DNA from: Escherichia coli
Lineage (GTDB): Bacteria > Pseudomonadota > Gammaproteobacteria > Enterobacterales > Enterobacteriaceae
Reading direction: 5' to 3' (one strand)
Assembly: GCF_003334255.1 (NCBI RefSeq)
Contig: NZ_QOWU01000255.1
DNA: 353 bases
This document shows, one piece after another, positions 1 through 353 of the stretch (its first letter is position 1; every line of letters starts with the position of its first letter). The notes beneath the pieces are model-generated. The model did no database searches. It was given only the letters and a program-made list of their open reading frames with translations, and had not been told where the DNA came from. Position numbers and translations under genes: made by a program.

Positions 1-12
1 GTCGCGGTTTTC

Positions 13-153
13 CTACTGCTTACACTGTAAGAACGCCGCAAACTCCGCTCCCCACAAATTCAGCCGGAACTCACACAGCGAACCGTGTAACATCCAGATG
101 GTGAAGATTACCGTCATGCAAATTGTGACGGTGATAAGCGATTTTTGCGACAT
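13..153 (-). CDS. Hok/Gef-family type I toxin (small host-killing membrane peptide, HokA-like), 46 aa
   Basis: Minus-strand ORF from ATG (plus 153-151) to TAG (plus 15-13), translating to MSQKSLITVTICMTVIFTIWMLHGSLCEFRLNLWGAEFAAFLQCKQ. It has the Hok/Gef hallmarks: a short polar N-terminus, one hydrophobic transmembrane stretch (LITVTICMTVIFTIWML), the conserved SLCE motif, and an E-x-AAF C-terminal motif with a Cys near the end. From memory it aligns best with E. coli HokA (...FTWMIRDSLCELHIKQESYELAAFLACKLKE); I cannot assign a specific paralog, so no symbol is given. AGGAGG sits 8 nt upstream of the ATG. Confidence 0.9.
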   Translation of the reverse strand: MSQKSLITVTICMTVIFTIWMLHGSLCEFRLNLWGAEFAAFLQCKQ

Positions 154-158
154 AGCGC

Positions 159-187
159 TTGCCTCCTGAGTGGAGAGGCGCTAACCT
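159..187 (+). promoter_or_regulatory. Candidate promoter for the Sok-like antisense RNA (-35 TTGCCT, -10 TAACCT)
   Basis: Plus strand has TTGCCT at 159-164, a 17-nt spacer, and TAACCT at 182-187, which would start transcription near 194. The -10 matches consensus only at the conserved T1, A2 and T6 positions. It is the best-placed candidate upstream of the 213-250 hairpin, but weak. Confidence 0.25.
162..167 (-). promoter_or_regulatory. Shine-Dalgarno sequence (AGGAGG) of the hok-family toxin gene
   Basis: Plus-strand CCTCCT at 162-167 is AGGAGG on the minus strand, followed by 8 nt (CAAGCGCT) and then the ATG at 153-151. This is a perfect core SD with a canonical spacer. Confidence 0.8.
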
Positions 188-193
188 TCTACT

Positions 194-253
194 TGTCAAG
201 GAAAGAAGTGTCAGGGCCTCGGGTTAACGTTAAAGTTGACTCGGGGCCTTTCC
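194..253 (+). ncRNA. Candidate Sok-like antisense RNA (type I antitoxin), about 60 nt
   Basis: Plus-strand transcript antisense to the toxin leader: a ~19-nt 5' tail (194-212), then a 16-bp hairpin (213-228 paired with 235-250, loop GTTAAA), then TTTCC. The helix has 12 Watson-Crick and 4 G:U pairs on the plus-strand RNA; on the minus strand those 4 positions are C-A mismatches. Size and shape (single-stranded tail plus one terminal hairpin) match the roughly 64-nt Sok RNA of plasmid R1. The 5' end is inferred from a weak promoter and the U-tract is short, so both ends are uncertain. Confidence 0.4.
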
Positions 254-307
254 ACATCAGGCCTTCAGGTTCACCTTCCAGCCATCAGCCGAAAGGCACC
301 CGCGCAT

Positions 308-336
308 AATCTACGATTTTTGCCCTGCACGGGCAA
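308..336 (-). promoter_or_regulatory. Candidate sigma70 promoter for the hok-type mRNA (-35 TTGCCC, -10 TAGATT)
   Basis: On the minus strand, -35 TTGCCC (plus 336-331) and -10 TAGATT (plus 313-308) are separated by 17 nt, with a T6 run just upstream. The predicted start at about plus 300-301 gives a leader of ~150 nt, similar to hok of R1. The downstream RNA would begin GGGUGCCUUUCGGCUGAUGG, which resembles the R1 hok mRNA 5' end as I recall it (GGCGCUUGAGGCUUUCUGCCUCAUGACGUGAAGGUGG). Hexamer matches are only moderate. Confidence 0.35.
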
Positions 337-353
337 CAAAAAACCCGCCATCA

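Larger units (their letters stand above)
154..301 (-). other. hok-type mRNA 5' leader (predicted; contains the Sok-target hairpin region and a mok-like overlapping frame)
   Basis: The ~150 nt between the predicted transcription start (about plus 300-301) and the toxin ATG carries the 213-250 inverted repeat, a local anti-SD hairpin (161-179), and a reading frame that stays open into the toxin gene. This layout matches the leader of hok/sok-family loci. The start of the leader is inferred from the promoter prediction only. Confidence 0.5.

Noticed and set aside
1-12. Possible fold-back pairing between the first bases after the toxin stop (minus-strand CCGCG) and the predicted mRNA 5' end (GCGCGG)
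   Set aside because: It is only a 5-nt complementarity. In known hok mRNAs the fold-back element is ~40 nt or more downstream of the stop, beyond this window, so this cannot be distinguished from chance.
142-146. Plus-strand T5 run, considered as the U-tract of an antisense RNA terminator
   Set aside because: No GC-rich hairpin precedes it, and it lies inside the toxin coding sequence (codons CAA AAA on the minus strand).
2-169. Plus-strand frame open from the window start to TGA at 167-169 (56 codons, internal ATG at 98-100), antisense to the toxin gene
   Set aside because: It is a shadow frame of the real minus-strand CDS. The translation (SRFSYCLHCKNAANSAPHKF...) has no recognisable features and the ATG at 98 has no SD. 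Antisense frames opposite genuine genes are commonly open by chance.
193-198. Perfect TTGACA hexamer on the minus strand (plus TGTCAA inside the near-palindrome CTTGTCAAG), considered as the toxin promoter -35
   Set aside because: No acceptable -10 element follows at 16-19 bp on the minus strand (TCTCCA / CCACTC), and a transcript starting here would lack the whole leader and antisense target. Most likely a chance match within the Sok-tail/mok-start region.
189-257. Minus-strand 22-codon ORF (ATG at plus 257-255 to TAG at 191-189) with a weak GAAGG upstream, considered as a mok candidate
   Set aside because: It starts upstream of the conserved hairpin rather than between the hairpin and the toxin, ends 35 nt before the toxin ATG, and is in the wrong phase for a mok-type overlap. 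It is more likely a chance ORF; the other open frame (71-223) fits better.
91-309. Plus-strand frame open for 73 codons from 91 to TAA at 307-309
   Set aside because: It has no in-frame ATG, only a GTG at 208 and TTGs without an RBS. It runs through the structured leader and antisense RNA region and is more simply explained by GC-rich, stop-poor sequence.

Overview
This 353-bp window holds one clear gene: a 46-codon Hok/Gef-family type I toxin ORF on the minus strand (13-153) with a strong AGGAGG ribosome-binding site. The remaining ~200 bp upstream (154-353, read on the minus strand) looks like a hok-type mRNA leader: a candidate sigma70 promoter near the right edge, a mok-like overlapping reading frame with no canonical ATG, and a 16-bp imperfect hairpin at 213-250. 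That hairpin is fully paired only as a plus-strand transcript, which fits a Sok-like antisense RNA (about 194-253, +). This is a divergent member of the well-described hok/sok toxin-antitoxin family, not a new kind of system. Only the toxin ORF and its RBS are read directly from sequence with high confidence; promoters, RNA ends and the antisense RNA are inferred. The 3' fold-back region of the hok mRNA lies outside the window (only 12 nt follow the stop codon).
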